Below, piece by piece: positions 22,863 through 36,470 of a stretch of 64,000 nt of DNA. Under the pieces are notes generated by a model. It saw nothing but the letters and a program-made list of their open reading frames with translations. It was not told the DNA's origin and did not search any database. Positions within the stretch are counted from its first letter, which is position 1; each line of letters starts with the position of its first letter. The stretch is from Octopus vulgaris (taxonomy: Eukaryota). The stretch spans positions 75,702,001 to 75,766,000 of the forward strand of contig OX597827.1 in the NCBI GenBank assembly GCA_951406725.2, read 5' to 3'. The translations under genes and the position numbers were made by a program.

Positions 22863-23289
22863 TAGGTATTTCACCTTTTGGTTTGGCTTCTCTGGCTGGA
22901 TGCCCTTCCTAACACCAAGCACTTTACAGAATGTGCTAGGTGTATTTTCACCATTATATCATCAGCATTTGAAAAACAATTACATATTTAGACAGACTAA
23001 AATGCCTTCTCAATTCTGTACAGTTTCCATTTGTTCACTAATCTGCAGAGTATGCTGGGTGCATTTTATTGTGGTGCTATCGCCATCAAGATTGCCACGT
23101 GACAGAGAAGACTAAAGGGGTGGGGGTGTATAGAAAAGAGAGCAGAGAAGGTGATGAAGGTTGTCCAGCATGACGACAGAATAAATGGCAAGGGGAACAG
23201 TTGGAGTTTCAAAGAGGAACAGGGTGCTGAAGACTGATCTCCAGACACTGAGCCTTACAAAGAAGACCAAAAGATTCTTTTCTGTTCTA

Positions 23290-23497
23290 GGCACAAAGTC
23301 CAAAATTTTTTTTGTGGGGCAGTGGGAGCTGTCAATTAGATCAGTTCCAGTACACAACTAGTACTTAATTTATCGACCCTGAAAGGATGAAAGGGCAAAG
23401 TCGACCTCGGTGGAATTTGAACTCAGAACGTAAAGGCAGACAAAATATTGCTAAGCATTTTACCTGGGGTGCTAACATTTCTGCCAGCTCACCACCT
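23290..23497 (-). mobile_element. Family C-related SINE. Similar copies at ~35200-35390, 59300-59470, 61765-61985, 63540-63730 and 63780-63975.
   Basis: gaaaggatgaaagg..aaagtcgacctcggtggaatttgaactcagaacg...ctgccagctcaccacctt. Confidence 0.8.
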
Positions 23498-23715
23498 TAA
23501 CCCTTTTGTTACCAACCCGGCTCTGGTTCTGTTGTACAAATGTCTTGTTTTCTTAAGGTTTCAATTAAAATATTCCACCAAACCTTAGTCACAATTTATG
23601 TTCCTAATACAAGCTGAATGATAACTAAGTTATTTTACTAAATTCTTTGTTATATTTAAAGTAATTGAAAGAAACACAGAACGTCTCAAAATAAATACAG
23701 TAACGAAAGGGTTAA
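23497..23715. mobile_element. piggyBac-type MITE, family F
   Basis: ttaa-cccttttgttac ... gtaacgaaaggg-ttaa. Confidence 0.85.
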
Positions 23716-24492
23716 TAATAAGATGACAAAGATTGCAACAACCTTTGTTATTTCCTTTGTGATAGCTGAAGAAGAACTTCCCTTCCATGAAATCAGAGTA
23801 TAGAAAATGTTAAAATGATGTTAGTGATGAAGGCTAAGTGATATACATCTACATTTGAGCCTATAGCCCAGTAAATCCATGTTTAGCCTCTATCTAACGC
23901 TGTCCGTCTACATTTGGAGCTATTGTCAAATGTATCTTTATTAAGTCCTCAGCTGCTCTGTGAAATCTCATCTCATCTCTATCAACTTTTCCCTTGCTCA
24001 TCCTCTCTCCTATCAACTTTGTTTCCCATCATACTCACTGATATCCTCTCATCTCTCTGTCACCCACGCTCTCATCCTATCTCCTGTACCATCACTTTGT
24101 ATTCTCCATATATATGTGTGGGTGTAAATATATATCTTCTTGTATGTACATATAAGGATATAAAGACAGAGAAAGCAGTGGGTCCACTGGGGATAGTTGA
24201 ATGTAAACAGCCATGACAAAACAAATAGCGATGCTCCACTGAATCAGCCTCGCTATACAATACACATCAGTAGTTATGGAGGGCAGGATTAGTACTAGTG
24301 TAGTTAAAAGGGACAAGTTAGTTGTTGGAATAGTGGTAATTAAAAGCAATGTTTTATCTAGTGACTGGCATAGCAGCAACATTGTAAACTGCTACAAAGC
24401 AAAGTAGATGTACGGAAGAGAGGAGATTACAGAGGCAGGAAATTGTAGGTTGAAAACTATGAAAGTTACAGAAAGAGTTATGGCAAAATTGA

Positions 24493-24710
24493 TTAAACCC
24501 TTCATTACCAACCCAGCTCTGGCTCTGAGTATAAATATCTTGTTTACATAAGTTTTGAATTAAAATCTTCCACCAAACCTTAGTCACAATTTATGTTCCT
24601 AACATCAGCTGAACGATAACTAAGTTATTTTACTAAATTCTTTGTTATATTTAAAGTAATTGAAAGAAACACAGAGCATCTCAAAATAAATACAGTAACG
24701 AAAGGGTTAA
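24493..24710. mobile_element. piggyBac-type MITE, family F, inserted in an RTE relic
   Basis: Highly similar to 23497-23715; interrupts the RT-coding remnant. Confidence 0.85.
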
Positions 24711-25385
24711 CCTGGATGAAATGTGGATTGGCTTTGTGCCAAAAAGAGGTTCCACTGATGTCATATTCCAAGTAAGACAACTGCTGGAGAAGTGTTTAGC
24801 TAAGAGTAGGCCTCTACACTTAGTATTCATCTACCTGAAAAGGCCTTTTGACAGGATCACTTGCTCTGTGATCCAGCAGGCACTGAAGAAGCTATGGGTA
24901 GATAGATGGTTTGTAAGGGCCATACAAGTTATATACAGAAATTCAGTCAGCAAGATGGGACTCAACAATGCAGTCCATCAGCAAAGAATTTATTTAGCAT
25001 GCTGTTAGGGGCCCATCAGATTTCAGTCCCCAGCCCTCACCTGTTTATAATAGTCCTACAAGCCATAACAGACTGGCTTTTGTCAGCATTCTTCTATGCT
25101 TGTCACCTTTCCCAGATGAATTTGTGAGTTAAAGAAGAAATTGCACTTAAAGTAAACTTGGCAAAACTAAAGTTTTAGTAAGAAAGAAGGCACAACTGTC
25201 TACCTGAATGGTAAGCAGAAAAGGAGAAGGTGTGCTCAGTAAACAATGGGCACACAAGGGTTGTAGTGGAATCACAGGTAAGCTAACAGAGAATGTAGCA
25301 GATGCACAACAGCATTAAGCACTAAAGAGTACCCAGGATACAGATTTTCACAAATGCCCAAATGGTTCCTAAGAAATAGTTTCTA

Positions 25386-25753
25386 CTAGCACTATGACCC
25401 GGCGTTGCTGGGTCATAGTGCTAGTGCATGCATATACAGCTGCATACGTGCACACATACACGCGAGTATTGTCCAAATCTCCGACCAATCACATACAGCT
25501 AGCTGGCATTCAATTGGTGTATCAAGTTTCAGGCATTTTGATTGGGTTTTGGATAGAAAATTCACAAAAAAGTCACTTCTATTGATTTTATAATGGCTTT
25601 GTGGGGTGACTGGGGAAATGTAAAGATGTGTACGATCACCCTTGGACGGTTTTAAATGACCACAGAAAGTGCGAGCCCTCTAACTGAAAAATCGTGAATT
25701 TGTATAAAGGACACACACACACACAGACATTTTGCCGTTTATATATAGAGAGA
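25386..25753 (-). mobile_element. Non-autonomous Helitron
   Basis: Minus strand A|TCTCTCTATATATAAA ... cccagcaacgccggg hairpin ... CTAG|T, with no TSD. Confidence 0.8.
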
Positions 25754-26133
25754 TTATCTACATAAATTAGCTGTTGGGGTGGATGCAATGAAAACATAGA
25801 GGCTAGGGTAAGAATTGGTTTAGTAAAAGTTAAGGGATCTATTACTTCTGTTGGGGACCAAGACCTTCTCCCTCAGAATGCAAACCAGATTGAATGATGC
25901 TTGTGTATGAAATGTGATGCTGCATGGTACCAACATGGAACCAACATGTAGGCCTTGAATGCAGAGGATTTGCAAAGAAAGAAGTGAAAGCACGGATTTC
26001 AGGATCGGATGTGTAATGTTAGTTTGCATAAACCATGGAGTACAATGAGCCAAGAGAAAAGGTGGATGTAGGATGATTTAGATGTAGTATGCAAAGGAGA
26101 AGGCTGTGATAGTATGGGTATATGATATTTATG

Positions 26134-26419
26134 GAGCACCATCCGATCGTGGACGTTGCTAGCCTCACCTGGCCCCCATGCCGGTGGCACATAAAAAGCA
26201 CCATCCGATCGTGGCTGTTTGCCAGCCTCGTCTGGCACGTAAAAAGCACCCACTACACTCACAGAGTGGTTGGTGTTAGGAAGAGCATCCAGCCGTAGAA
26301 ACACTGCCAGATCAGACTGGGCCTGGTGTAGCCTTCTGGCTTCCCAGACCCCAGTTAAACCGTCCAACCCATGCTAGCATGGAAAGCGGACATTAAACGA
26401 TGATGATGATGATGATGAT
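26134..26419 (+). mobile_element. Family B retroposon
   Basis: Internal repeats plus the (GAT)n tail. Confidence 0.9.
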
Positions 26420-26667
26420 AGCAGTATAAGAAAGTGTGAAGCCCTCAAAAACAAATGGAACCTGTAGATGAAGGACATTTTGAGATGATGTAGTGAAACT
26501 GATCTAATGAAGGAGATACAAAAGGACTGTGATAATTGAGAAAATATTCAATGTTGGATAACACCCAGCCACCCATGTAAGCATGGCAAAAGCTAAGTTG
26601 AAATGAGAATAATTATGGAGGTTGGGGTATATATCTTTTGCCCATTTTGCTTTTTTTTTTCCACAAT

Positions 26668-26859
26668 GTTTCAGTCATTTAACCGTGGCCATGCTGGAGC
26701 ACTGCCTTTAGTCAAGCAAATCGACCCCAGGACTTATTCTTTGTAAGCCTAGTACTTACTCTATCAGTCTCCTTTGCCGAACCACTAAGTTACGGGGACG
26801 TAAACACACCAGCATCGGTTGTCAAGCGATGTTGGGGGAACAAACAGACACACAAACCT

Positions 26860-26890
<31 letters not shown>

Positions 26891-27063
26891 CATATATACG
26901 ACGGGCTTCTTTTCAGTTTCCGTCTACCAAATCCACTCACAAGGCTTTGGTCGGCCCGAGGCTATAGTAGAAGACACTTGCCCAAGGTGCTACGCAGTGG
27001 GACTGAACCCGGAACCATGTGGTTGGTAAGCAAGCTACTTACCACACAGCCACTCCTACGCCT
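26668..27063 (-). mobile_element. SINE family A
   Basis: Full-length reverse copy. Confidence 0.9.
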
Positions 27064-27824
27064 ACATTGTTTATTTTCCATTTGCTGTCCCTCTTACCTC
27101 TGTGAGATCTATTTTTATCACCTCCACACCTATTCACTGCACTATGCCACCCATCACACTTCTACCACTGACCATGCCAACTACCCATTTCTCACCCCAT
27201 CCTCTCTCTCTCTCTCTCACACATAAACAAACAAGTAACTGCCACTAGTGTTTGACTTGCATCACAATACTTGCATCCATGAAGTTCTGTGAAGATGCAT
27301 GGAACAGTGGTTTGGGTGTCAGGTTCTTGATTATTAAGTTGCGAGGTTGATTTACGTTGTGTTCTTGAACAAGAAACTTCCTTTTTCTTCAACAGCCAAA
27401 ACAGCTGAAAACGAGTAGCGGTAATAACCGCAGGAGGCAAGGTTAATCCTGTGACAGATTGGTGTCCCATTCAGAAGGGAATCATGTGGTCTTGGTTGCT
27501 TAAATGTTACTGAAACCAGAATAAGCTTTGGAATAATGAGTCTTTAGGCTGAAGACAGACTTCAAATATTAACATCAAATGTAGAACCTAAATCCAAGAT
27601 ACACTATACCTGGGTAAAGGATGAGATGATCACAGCTGAAACGTCTTTGATTACAGGTCTGCTGGATCAGGACTGTCCTGGGGCTAAACATCAAAAGTAT
27701 ATTGTAGTAGAGTCTCGTGTAAAATATTAGATAAACAAACAAATAGGTAACACCAGGAATATATTTGATTATAGGTCAACTGGATCTGCGGTGACCTAGG
27801 GTTAAACAGTAACAATAGCACTAA

Positions 27825-28218
27825 TCTCTCTATATATAAAGCTGAAGTTGTCTGTGTATGGCAGGTTTGGTAGCCTTCAACTAATACTATCTCCTCCGAG
27901 ACCCTGTGGTGCAAGTTGACCAAAATTGAGAATATGACAGAAGAAGGCTTGCTCTTCCTTCCGTAGAAGAAAAAAATTCAAATTGGACCATGTTAACACC
28001 AAAAATTATTTACATCAAAAAGGTGCTTTTTTTTCTATGAAAATCCCTATTTTTTACGATTTTTTGACTGCTGTGTCACCATTTTTCGGTGTATTTCAAC
28101 CAGAAAAATGTTCACTTAAAGAGATTAACAAGCTACATAATGCAAAATTTTTACTTTTCGAAAATTCCAATTCTAAAGGGTCAAAACAAAACCAAGCAAT
28201 GCTGGGCGATACTGCTAG
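27825..28218 (+). mobile_element. Non-autonomous Helitron, second family
   Basis: A|TCTCTCTATATATAAA ... ccaagcaatgctggg hairpin ... CTAG|T. Confidence 0.8.
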
Positions 28219-28429
28219 TATTAGATAATAGCCAATTCTCCCTCAAATCACAACCTGTCATTTAAAGAACTGGTTTGTTACGTTTTGAACAGTTTAGTTC
28301 CTGTTGGTTAGTTTTGTAATTAGCTTAATTCAGCCGTATGTAATTGCAGTTTGTGAAAATAGAGCTAACTATAGTTACTTAACAGTAAATAACTATAAGG
28401 ATATTTAATTGCAACTAATTATAATTAAG

Positions 28430-29300
28430 AAAAAAATCATTGGTGGCAGTAGGCAACCTTGCCTTACAACAGTTTGAACTGTGAAAGGGTCTGTTAATGA
28501 GATAACATCAGGAACTGACATTGGGATCAGATGGACAGCAGTGAAGCAACTGGAAGATCCTTGATATGGAGATGATGTAGGACTGCTATCGCATAACCAC
28601 CAAGAGATGCAGTCCAAGCTCATGAAGTTTGCTGAAGAAGAAATGAAAATGGACCTCTGAGTGAACCAAGATGGAAGTTTTGAGGCTGAACACCTGTCAC
28701 CAGGAATCAATTTGAATTGGCACTGAAGCCCTTCCAGAGACCGAAAAGTTTGTGTGCTTAAGCAGCTTTGTTTCAAAGACGGATGGAACTGTGGAGGATC
28801 GGCAAGATCTGGTATACTTTCAAAAGTCTTCAACCAGTCTGGAACTCCAAAGCCATCTCCCTCAAAACAAAACTCCACATCTTCAATTCCAACTTCAAGG
28901 CTGTTCTTCTTTATGGGTCAGAAGCGTAGAGGATCAGCAAAGCCATAAAGGGTAAGCTACAGGTCATCACCAACAAACATCTGTGCTTTGTCTTCAAAAT
29001 CTGGTGGGGTGGAGGGGGACAAGATTCCAAAGAGAAGTCTGTGGGATAGAATGAATCAAAACTCCCATCAATCAAGAAATTCTGAAAAGAAAAAGGGGCT
29101 GGATTGGGCACACTCTAAGGGGACCTCCAAGGAACATTGCAAGGTAAAGAGTTAGGCTGGCAACCTGAAGGAAAGAAGAAAGTTGGATGACTCTAGAAGA
29201 CTTGGAAAGGATGATTGGAGGATGAAGTAAAAGGAATCAGTCTCTTTTGGTCTGAAATCAAGGAGGTACACCAAGATCGTGTCTACTTTAGAGTAATGCG
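28430..29300 (+). pseudogene. Decayed RTE-like LINE with an inverted 5' piece
   Basis: Plus strand gives LED..YGDDVGLLSHNHQEMQ and, further on, ..GWIGHTLR-like sequence. The minus strand at 28430-28500 gives VRQGCLLPPMIF. Confidence 0.65.
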
Positions 29301-29418
29301 GACTAACAATAATAAAAATGGAAAGTGAATCCTTCCAAGATTGATAAGATTCCCACTGGTCTAAAGAATTACTTCAGTTTTTGTTCCAGACTATTCCAGT
29401 GAATATTTGCTGACAAAT

Positions 29419-29582
29419 AGGCGCAGGAGTGGCTGTGTGGTAAGTAGCTTGCTAACCAATCACATGGTTCCGGGTTCAGTCCCACTGCGTGGCATCATGG
29501 GCAAGTGTCTTCTGCTATAGCCCCGGGCCAACCAATGCCTTGTGAGTGGATTTGGTAGATGGAAACTGAAAGAAACCTGTCG

Positions 29583-29613
<31 letters not shown>

Positions 29614-29828
29614 TTTTTTGTGTGTCTGTGTTTGTCCCCCTTGCATTGCTTGACAACCGATGCTGGTGTGTTTACGTCCCCGTCACTTAGCGGTTCAGCA
29701 AAAGAGACCGATAGAATAAGTACTGGGCTTACAAAGAATAAGTCTCGGGGTCGATTTGCTCGACTAAAGGCGGTGCTCCAGCATGGCCGCAGTCAAATGA
29801 CCGAAACAAGTAAAAGAGTAAAAGAGTA
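29419..29828 (+). mobile_element. SINE family A
   Basis: Full length, ending gtaaaagagtaaaagag. Confidence 0.9.
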
Positions 29829-30539
29829 AATGGATCATAAAATAATGTTCATGGAAGGGACATAACTAAACAACTGTGGCACATTTGAATATGTTATCTA
29901 GAATATGGCAGAGCTACATTTTATCCCACTCATTGATTTCACCTTGTCCAATAACAACATTTTTGTGTAGCCAGAGGTCAGTTCTGATCAAAGTCATTCA
30001 AAGGGTGATCAGAAACAGCAAATTCATAACTATCTAATGCGTCTTCCCCCTGCTTTTCTTTTTATAAGATGGTAGGGTACGAATGATCATTTAGCAGCTG
30101 CTATTTCTAGTGAGTCAATCAGTTGCATAAGGGCTCCCTCATTGGTTTGTCCACTTTTAAATAGGGCTCAGATACAATAAGAAATTTCCAAAGTAAACAA
30201 AGAGGGGTGACAAAAGAAAAAAGGGAATGTGTTTCTGAACCCATCAAACCCATGTTAGCAAGATGGTAATGATCATCATCATTATCATGTTCATGATGAT
30301 GATGGTGGCGATACTGTTGTTGTTTAACCCCAGGACAACCCTGATTAAGCAGACCTATGATCAAAATCATTCCAGCCATGACCACCCTCTCCTTGACCTA
30401 GGAATTTGTGTACCTAGGACTACATTATCCAGTGTGTCCCTAGCTTCTAAAGGATGGCAAAAGGAGAGTTGGCAGCTGTTTCTAGCAGATCAAGTATCCA
30501 TATAAGATCATCCCTCAGTGAATGAGCATAACAAGGACA

Positions 30540-30908
30540 ATGATGATGGAAGGTGATGCTAGTGATGATAACAATACCAACAATGATAACGATATTGATG
30601 GAGGTGATGATATCGATGACAATAACAATATTATATTGATGATGATAATTGCAATGATGATGATGATGGTGAATGACAGTGATATCAACGATGACAATGA
30701 AAATAACTGAGCTGATGTTCATGATAATGCTGCTGCTGCTGTTGATGGTGATGATGATGATGATAATGATGATGATGATGGCAATAACAATTACGATGAG
30801 AGTGATGATGATCATGAATGACAGTAATGATGATGATGATGATGATGATAATGGTGATGATGATGATGACGATGATGATGAGAGTGATGATGATCATGAA
30901 TGACAGTA

Positions 30909-30942
<34 letters not shown>

Positions 30943-30984
30943 CGATGATGATGATGAGAGTGATGATGATCATGAATGACAGTA

Positions 30985-31036
<52 letters not shown>

Positions 31037-31063
31037 GAGTGATGATGATCATGAATGACAGTA

Positions 31064-31097
<34 letters not shown>

Positions 31098-31139
31098 CGA
31101 TGATGATGATGAGAGTGATGATGATCATGAATGACAGTA

Positions 31140-31173
<34 letters not shown>

Positions 31174-31215
31174 CGATGATGATGATGAGAGTGATGATGA
31201 TCATGAATGACAGTA

Positions 31216-31249
<34 letters not shown>

Positions 31250-31291
31250 CGATGATGATGATGAGAGTGATGATGATCATGAATGACAGTA

Positions 31292-31325
<34 letters not shown>

Positions 31326-31432
31326 CGATGATGATGATGAGAGTGATGATGATCATGAATGACAGTAATGATGATGATGATGATGATGATGATGACGACG
31401 ACGACAAAGATGAGGAGCAATGATGATAATGA
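30540..31432. repeat. (GAT)n-derived low-complexity tract containing a 76-bp minisatellite (8 copies)
   Basis: catgaatgacagtaat at 30813, 30895, 30971, 31050, 31126, 31202, 31278 and 31354. Confidence 0.9.
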
Positions 31433-31649
31433 TGGCTGCACATTGTGTGATGAGCTAAAAAAAACTGCTTAGGTAAAACTATGAAGTGCATTAGCACAGA
31501 AGGTTAGCTGTAAAATCAATACAACCACAAGAATGACAACAACATCAAGATCAGGAAGTGGGCCACATGTCAGCTACAGATTTTCCCAGAAGTCACTTAC
31601 TAGTACTGATTCACATACTAACCACACCGTGCTACATGACAGCCAGTGA

Positions 31650-32660
31650 ACTACACACACACACACACACACATTCTGAGATGCATGACTTCACACATAT
31701 CTAACGCACACACACAGATGTATGTGTACATGTGCACACACCTACACTAACACAAATGAATGTGCTTACATAGACACACACACACATATACATATGCACG
31801 CTGATACTGAAACACAGATGTGTGGTTTCACACATACCTGTACACACACACACACACACACACATATTCAGAGAGGCATGACTTCACACATATCTAATAC
31901 ACACACATGAACATACACAGATGTATGTGTACAAGTGCAAACACCTACACTAACACAAATGAATGTGCTTACATAGACACACACACACATATACATATGC
32001 ACGCTGATACTGAAACACAGATGTGTGGTTTCACACATACCTGTACACACACACACACACACACACATATTCAGAGAGGCATGACTTCACACATATCTAA
32101 TACACACACATGAACATACACAGATGTATGTGTACAAGTGCAAACACCTACACTAACACAAATGAATGTGCTTACATAGACACACACACACATATACATA
32201 TGCATGCTGATACTGAAACACAGATGTGTGGTTTCACACATACCTGTACACACACACACACACACACACACACATTCAGAGATGCATGACTTCACACATA
32301 TCCAATACACACACATGCACATACACAGATGTATGTGTACATGTGCACACACCTACACTAACACAAATGAATGTGCTTACATAGACACACACACACACAC
32401 ATACACACATATACATATGCACGCTGATACTGAAACACAGATGCATGGTTTCACACATACCTGTACACACACACACACGCACATACACAGATATGTGTAC
32501 AAGTGCACACACCTACACTAACACAAATGAATGTGCTTACATAGACACACATATACACACACACACATACATACATACATATATTCATGTGCACGCTGAT
32601 ACTGACACACAGATGCATGGTTTCATGCATACCTGTACACACACACACACACATACAAAC
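31650..32660. repeat. CA-rich ~203-bp tandem repeat (~5 copies)
   Basis: acacctacactaacacaaatgaatgtgcttacatagac recurs at about 31738, 31941, 32144, 32349 and 32509. Confidence 0.9.
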
Positions 32661-33738
32661 ATATATATGGACACACACATGCAACAAAAGCAAAGATGCA
32701 CATTAGCAAGAAAGCCGAAAGAATATGTTGGCAAGAGAGACAAACAGACAGACAGACAGACAGGACAGCAGGAAACAATGTCAACATATCTGAATAACAG
32801 TAGCATTACTTCACTCCACCACCCCCTACACTCACAGCCACCATCACCTCCTCGAACATCTCCACCACTAGACCCAAGACCAGCACCACCATCACAACCA
32901 CCTCCAACACCTTTTAGCAACAAGCCAATGAAGAGAGTTTCTAGGTGGCCACTCGAACTGCTAGAAGTAGAAGCAGTCTTTCCTGCAAACCTTACCATTT
33001 AAAAAAATCTCAAGACACAATTAATATAGTCCTGGATATTACTACAAAAAGGTGACATGGCCATGGATGGAATGTCTTTAATAATATTTCTACTTGAGCA
33101 CAAAATATCATTTCTGAACCAACAAGAGAGACTCTAATGTGGTTGCTCTACCTGTTAGTAATAGCAGCCAAATTTCCTCAAATCACACCCAATTGCCTTA
33201 AAAAAACAGGACACATTGGATGCTAAATAATTAGGTCAGAAAGCTAAATGTCAAAGTCATAGTTGGAATACTTTTCCTCATAGGTCTCTTAAACAATAAG
33301 AGCAATAAAACCTGATAGGTTGCTCAACATGCTGGAAGTAACAGCCAAATCCCTCTCAAATTACATAGTACTGCCTTTCAAAAAAGAAGCACATATGGGA
33401 TGTCTTTTATCTCACCAACATCAATTTATATCAGTTTTCCATGTTAGCAGTAATAGTACAAGGCAGATCAATCAGGAAATCAGGTGTCACTCATCATGCA
33501 GGGGTGTAGTAGCTAGAATGTGTGTTGCCTGGGGTAGCCCTTAGTTGGCAACCCCATCCCTGGGTCACCACAAAAAACACGTTGCACACACCTAAAAATG
33601 TTGTCCCCATAAAATCTGCCTGTGGCAGCTTTTCCTCCTGTCCCTACTCCCCAGCCCCTTCTATCTAAACTACAGCACACCTCATATGGTTTATTTTGGT
33701 TTCCAAACACCAACCTTTTTAGAGATTGTATTTTAGTA

Positions 33739-34155
33739 AGAGAGCTGGCAAAAATAAGGTGGTGAGCTGGCAGAAACGTTAGCATGCCGGGCAAAATGCT
33801 TAGCGGTATTTCGTCTGCCGCTACATTCTGAGTTCGACTTTGCCTTTCATCCTTTCGGGGTTGATTAAATAAATACCAGTTACGTACTAGGGCCGATGTA
33901 ATCAACTTAATCTGTTTGTCTGTCCTTGTTTGTCGTCTCTGTTTTTAGCCCCTTGTGGGTAGTAAAGAAATAGGTATTTTGTCTGCCATTACGTTCTGAG
34001 TTCAAATTCCGCCAAGGTTGACTTTGCCTTTCATCCTTTCGGGGTCGATTAAATAAGTACCAGTTACGCGCTGGGGTCGATGTAATCAACTTAATCCGTT
34101 TGTCTGTCCTTGTTTGTCCCCTCTGTGTTTAGCCCCTTGTGAGTAGTAAAGAAAT
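33739..34155 (+). mobile_element. Family C SINE with an internal tandem duplication and a 16-bp TSD
   Basis: agattgtattttagta at 33723-33738 and 34156-34171. The body is repeated from ~33972. Confidence 0.85.
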
Positions 34156-35783
34156 AGATTGTATTTTAGTAGCTTATCATGGCACCAATACTAGATAGGT
34201 TGTTATGTCCTCAGAAAGGAGGTACTAAAGACAGTACCTATTAAACAATCATCTTCCAAAAAGAGATCTGGATGTTTTAGCATGGCACCAGCACTAGTGG
34301 AGTTTACTTATACTCTGCAATACAAAAAAAGGAGTCCTTGCCACTGTACCCTGTCTCTGCCTGTGAAAATGAGACCAACAAGAGTATGTAGGGCAGAAGA
34401 TGAATGGGTGTGGGGGAGAAGGAGAAAGAATATGGGGATGGGGCAGGGTGTAAAGACGGTGAGAAATGGGTGAGAAAAAGCAAAAAGTGCAAAGTGATAA
34501 AGAGAGAATAATTGAGAGTAATAAATGATAGTAATTGCAAAATGAGGGACAGGGGGGGGGTGTTTTAGAAAATGTTGTTTGCACTAAATTGTTTATAAAG
34601 AAAAGCAGGATGGCCATGACTGGAACACTACAGACATGGTTACCATTAATACAGGCAGATTAAGAGTTCAGCTATTTGATCGACTGATGAGCTTGACACA
34701 AAGCGTGAGAAAGCTGTACATTTGTGTATGGCTACAATCAATCTAATAGGCTTCAGTATAGTTTCTGTCAGGCCAGTTTCATTCACAAGGTTTGACCTGA
34801 CCTGAAACAATGTTAAAAGACATTATATGTAAATTAAGGGAGCAGATAATTCAGCTGATCAAATAGTTGAACCCTCAATCTTAAAACCAACTGAAAAACA
34901 TTTACTTATTATTTTACCATATTCATATAGGTGAGGGCATGGCTCAGTGGCTCAAAAGCTTGCTTCCCAGTTACATGATTTTGGGTTCAGTCCCAATGTG
35001 TGGCACCTCAGGGAGCCAAGTGCTGCCTACTATAGTCTTGGACTGATCAAAGTCCTGAAAGCCTTGTGAGTAGGTTTGGTAGATAGAAACGGAAAGAAAC
35101 CTGTCAGGTGTGTGTGTGTGTTTGTGTGTGTGTAAATGAGCGCCACCAAAGTCTTTCATTTCCAACCTTCTGTGAAAACAAATCAGGTCATAGTGAAATA
35201 TTGATTTCAAATTTTAGCACAAAGCCAGCAATTTAGGGGAAAGGGGTAAGCTGATTAAATCAACCCTGTGCTCAAGGGGTACTTACCAACCCCGAAAAAA
35301 ATGATACGGAAAGTCAACCCTGGCGGCATTGGACAAAATACTACTAAGCCTTTTGCCTGGTGTACTAACGATTCTACCAGTTTGTCACCTTTGGACACGG
35401 AGAAATATTACCATGTTTGGAAAAAGATAAGGGTTGGCAACAGGAAAGGCGTTTGGTTATAGAAAATCCGCCTCAATGAATTCCATCTAACCCAAGCAGT
35501 TATGGATAAGTTGACGTTAATATGATAATACACAGGTTTAAAATACTGAATTACATACAATATCTTCACAACTGTCATACTTAAAACACTTACCAACACC
35601 ATATTTGACCATCACACAAACAATACAACAACAATGTAAAAAGCAATACATTAGATCTATGAGAGGATGGTGAATGCCCTCTGTGACTAGTAAACGTGTT
35701 GACTTTTAATTAAGAATGCTCAATACATACACACAAATATACATGATCTCATATATATATATATACATGTATGATAAACATAT

Positions 35784-36106
35784 AGGCGCAGGAGTGGCTG
35801 TGTGGTAAGTAGCTTGTTTACCAACCACATGGTTCCGGGTTCAGTCCCACTGCGTAGCACATTGGGCAAGTTTCTTCTACTATAGCCTCGGGCCGTAGAC
35901 GAAACCTGAAAGAAGCCCGTCGTATATATGTATATATATATGCGTGTGTGTGTGTTTGTGTGTCTGTGTTAACAACCGATGCTGGTGTGTTTATGTCCCC
36001 GTTACCTAGCGGTTCGGCAAAAGAGACTGGGCTTACAAAAGAATAACTCGATTAAAGGCCATGCTGGAGCACCGCCTTTAATCGAGCAACTCGAACCCGG
36101 GACTTA
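35784..36106 (+). mobile_element. Family A SINE with internal deletions and an inverted 3' segment
   Basis: Normal head; 36057-36106 is the reverse complement of the 3' region. Confidence 0.8.
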
Positions 36107-36260
36107 TATATATCGATTAGGCATTGCAAGATTAATAACCTAATAACCTGGTGTAGAACTCACTACACGTATGTTTCAGAAAGGGGTGTCAGTTGAATAT
36201 AGAGCAGTAATAAGAAACAGAGATGACAAAAAAATAAATGATTATCTTTTGAACTTCTTT

Positions 36261-36340
36261 GGCTTACCGATGTTTCTGCTAAGATGCAGTGGATTCATAG
36301 TTGAGTGCCTAAATAACACGTTATAGCTTCATCGGAGCCT
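36261..36340 (-). ncRNA. Degenerate hammerhead, same family as the one at 3645-3722
   Basis: ggcu-CCGAUGA-a-gcua...uagc-a-GAAA-caucg-GUA|agcc, with a U-to-C change in the core. Confidence 0.55.
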
Positions 36341-36423
36341 TGAATATGAAGTGCAATTTATTTCAGGCTAATCATTTATTCATTGTCATCTCTCTTTCTT
36401 ATATACTTTGAACATATGTATTT

Positions 36424-36470
<47 letters not shown>

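Larger units (their letters stand above)
24370..26620 (+). pseudogene. Decayed RTE-clade LINE reverse transcriptase with multiple insertions
   Basis: MKVTERVM...GFVPKRGSTDVIFQVRQLLEKCLAK..PLHLVFIYLKRPFDR (RT motifs), with many stops and frameshifts downstream. Confidence 0.8.

Noticed and set aside
30813-31400. Regularly spaced direct repeats resembling a CRISPR array
   Set aside because: The spacers are identical GAT tracts, the context is eukaryotic, and there are no cas genes.
32445-33002. 185-aa ORF with a Pro-rich end
   Set aside because: Built from the CA-rich tandem repeat, a low-complexity CCA tract and a family G repeat.
34683-34715. ctgatga-gctt/aagc hairpin
   Set aside because: GAAA is not adjacent to stem II, and stems I and III are missing.
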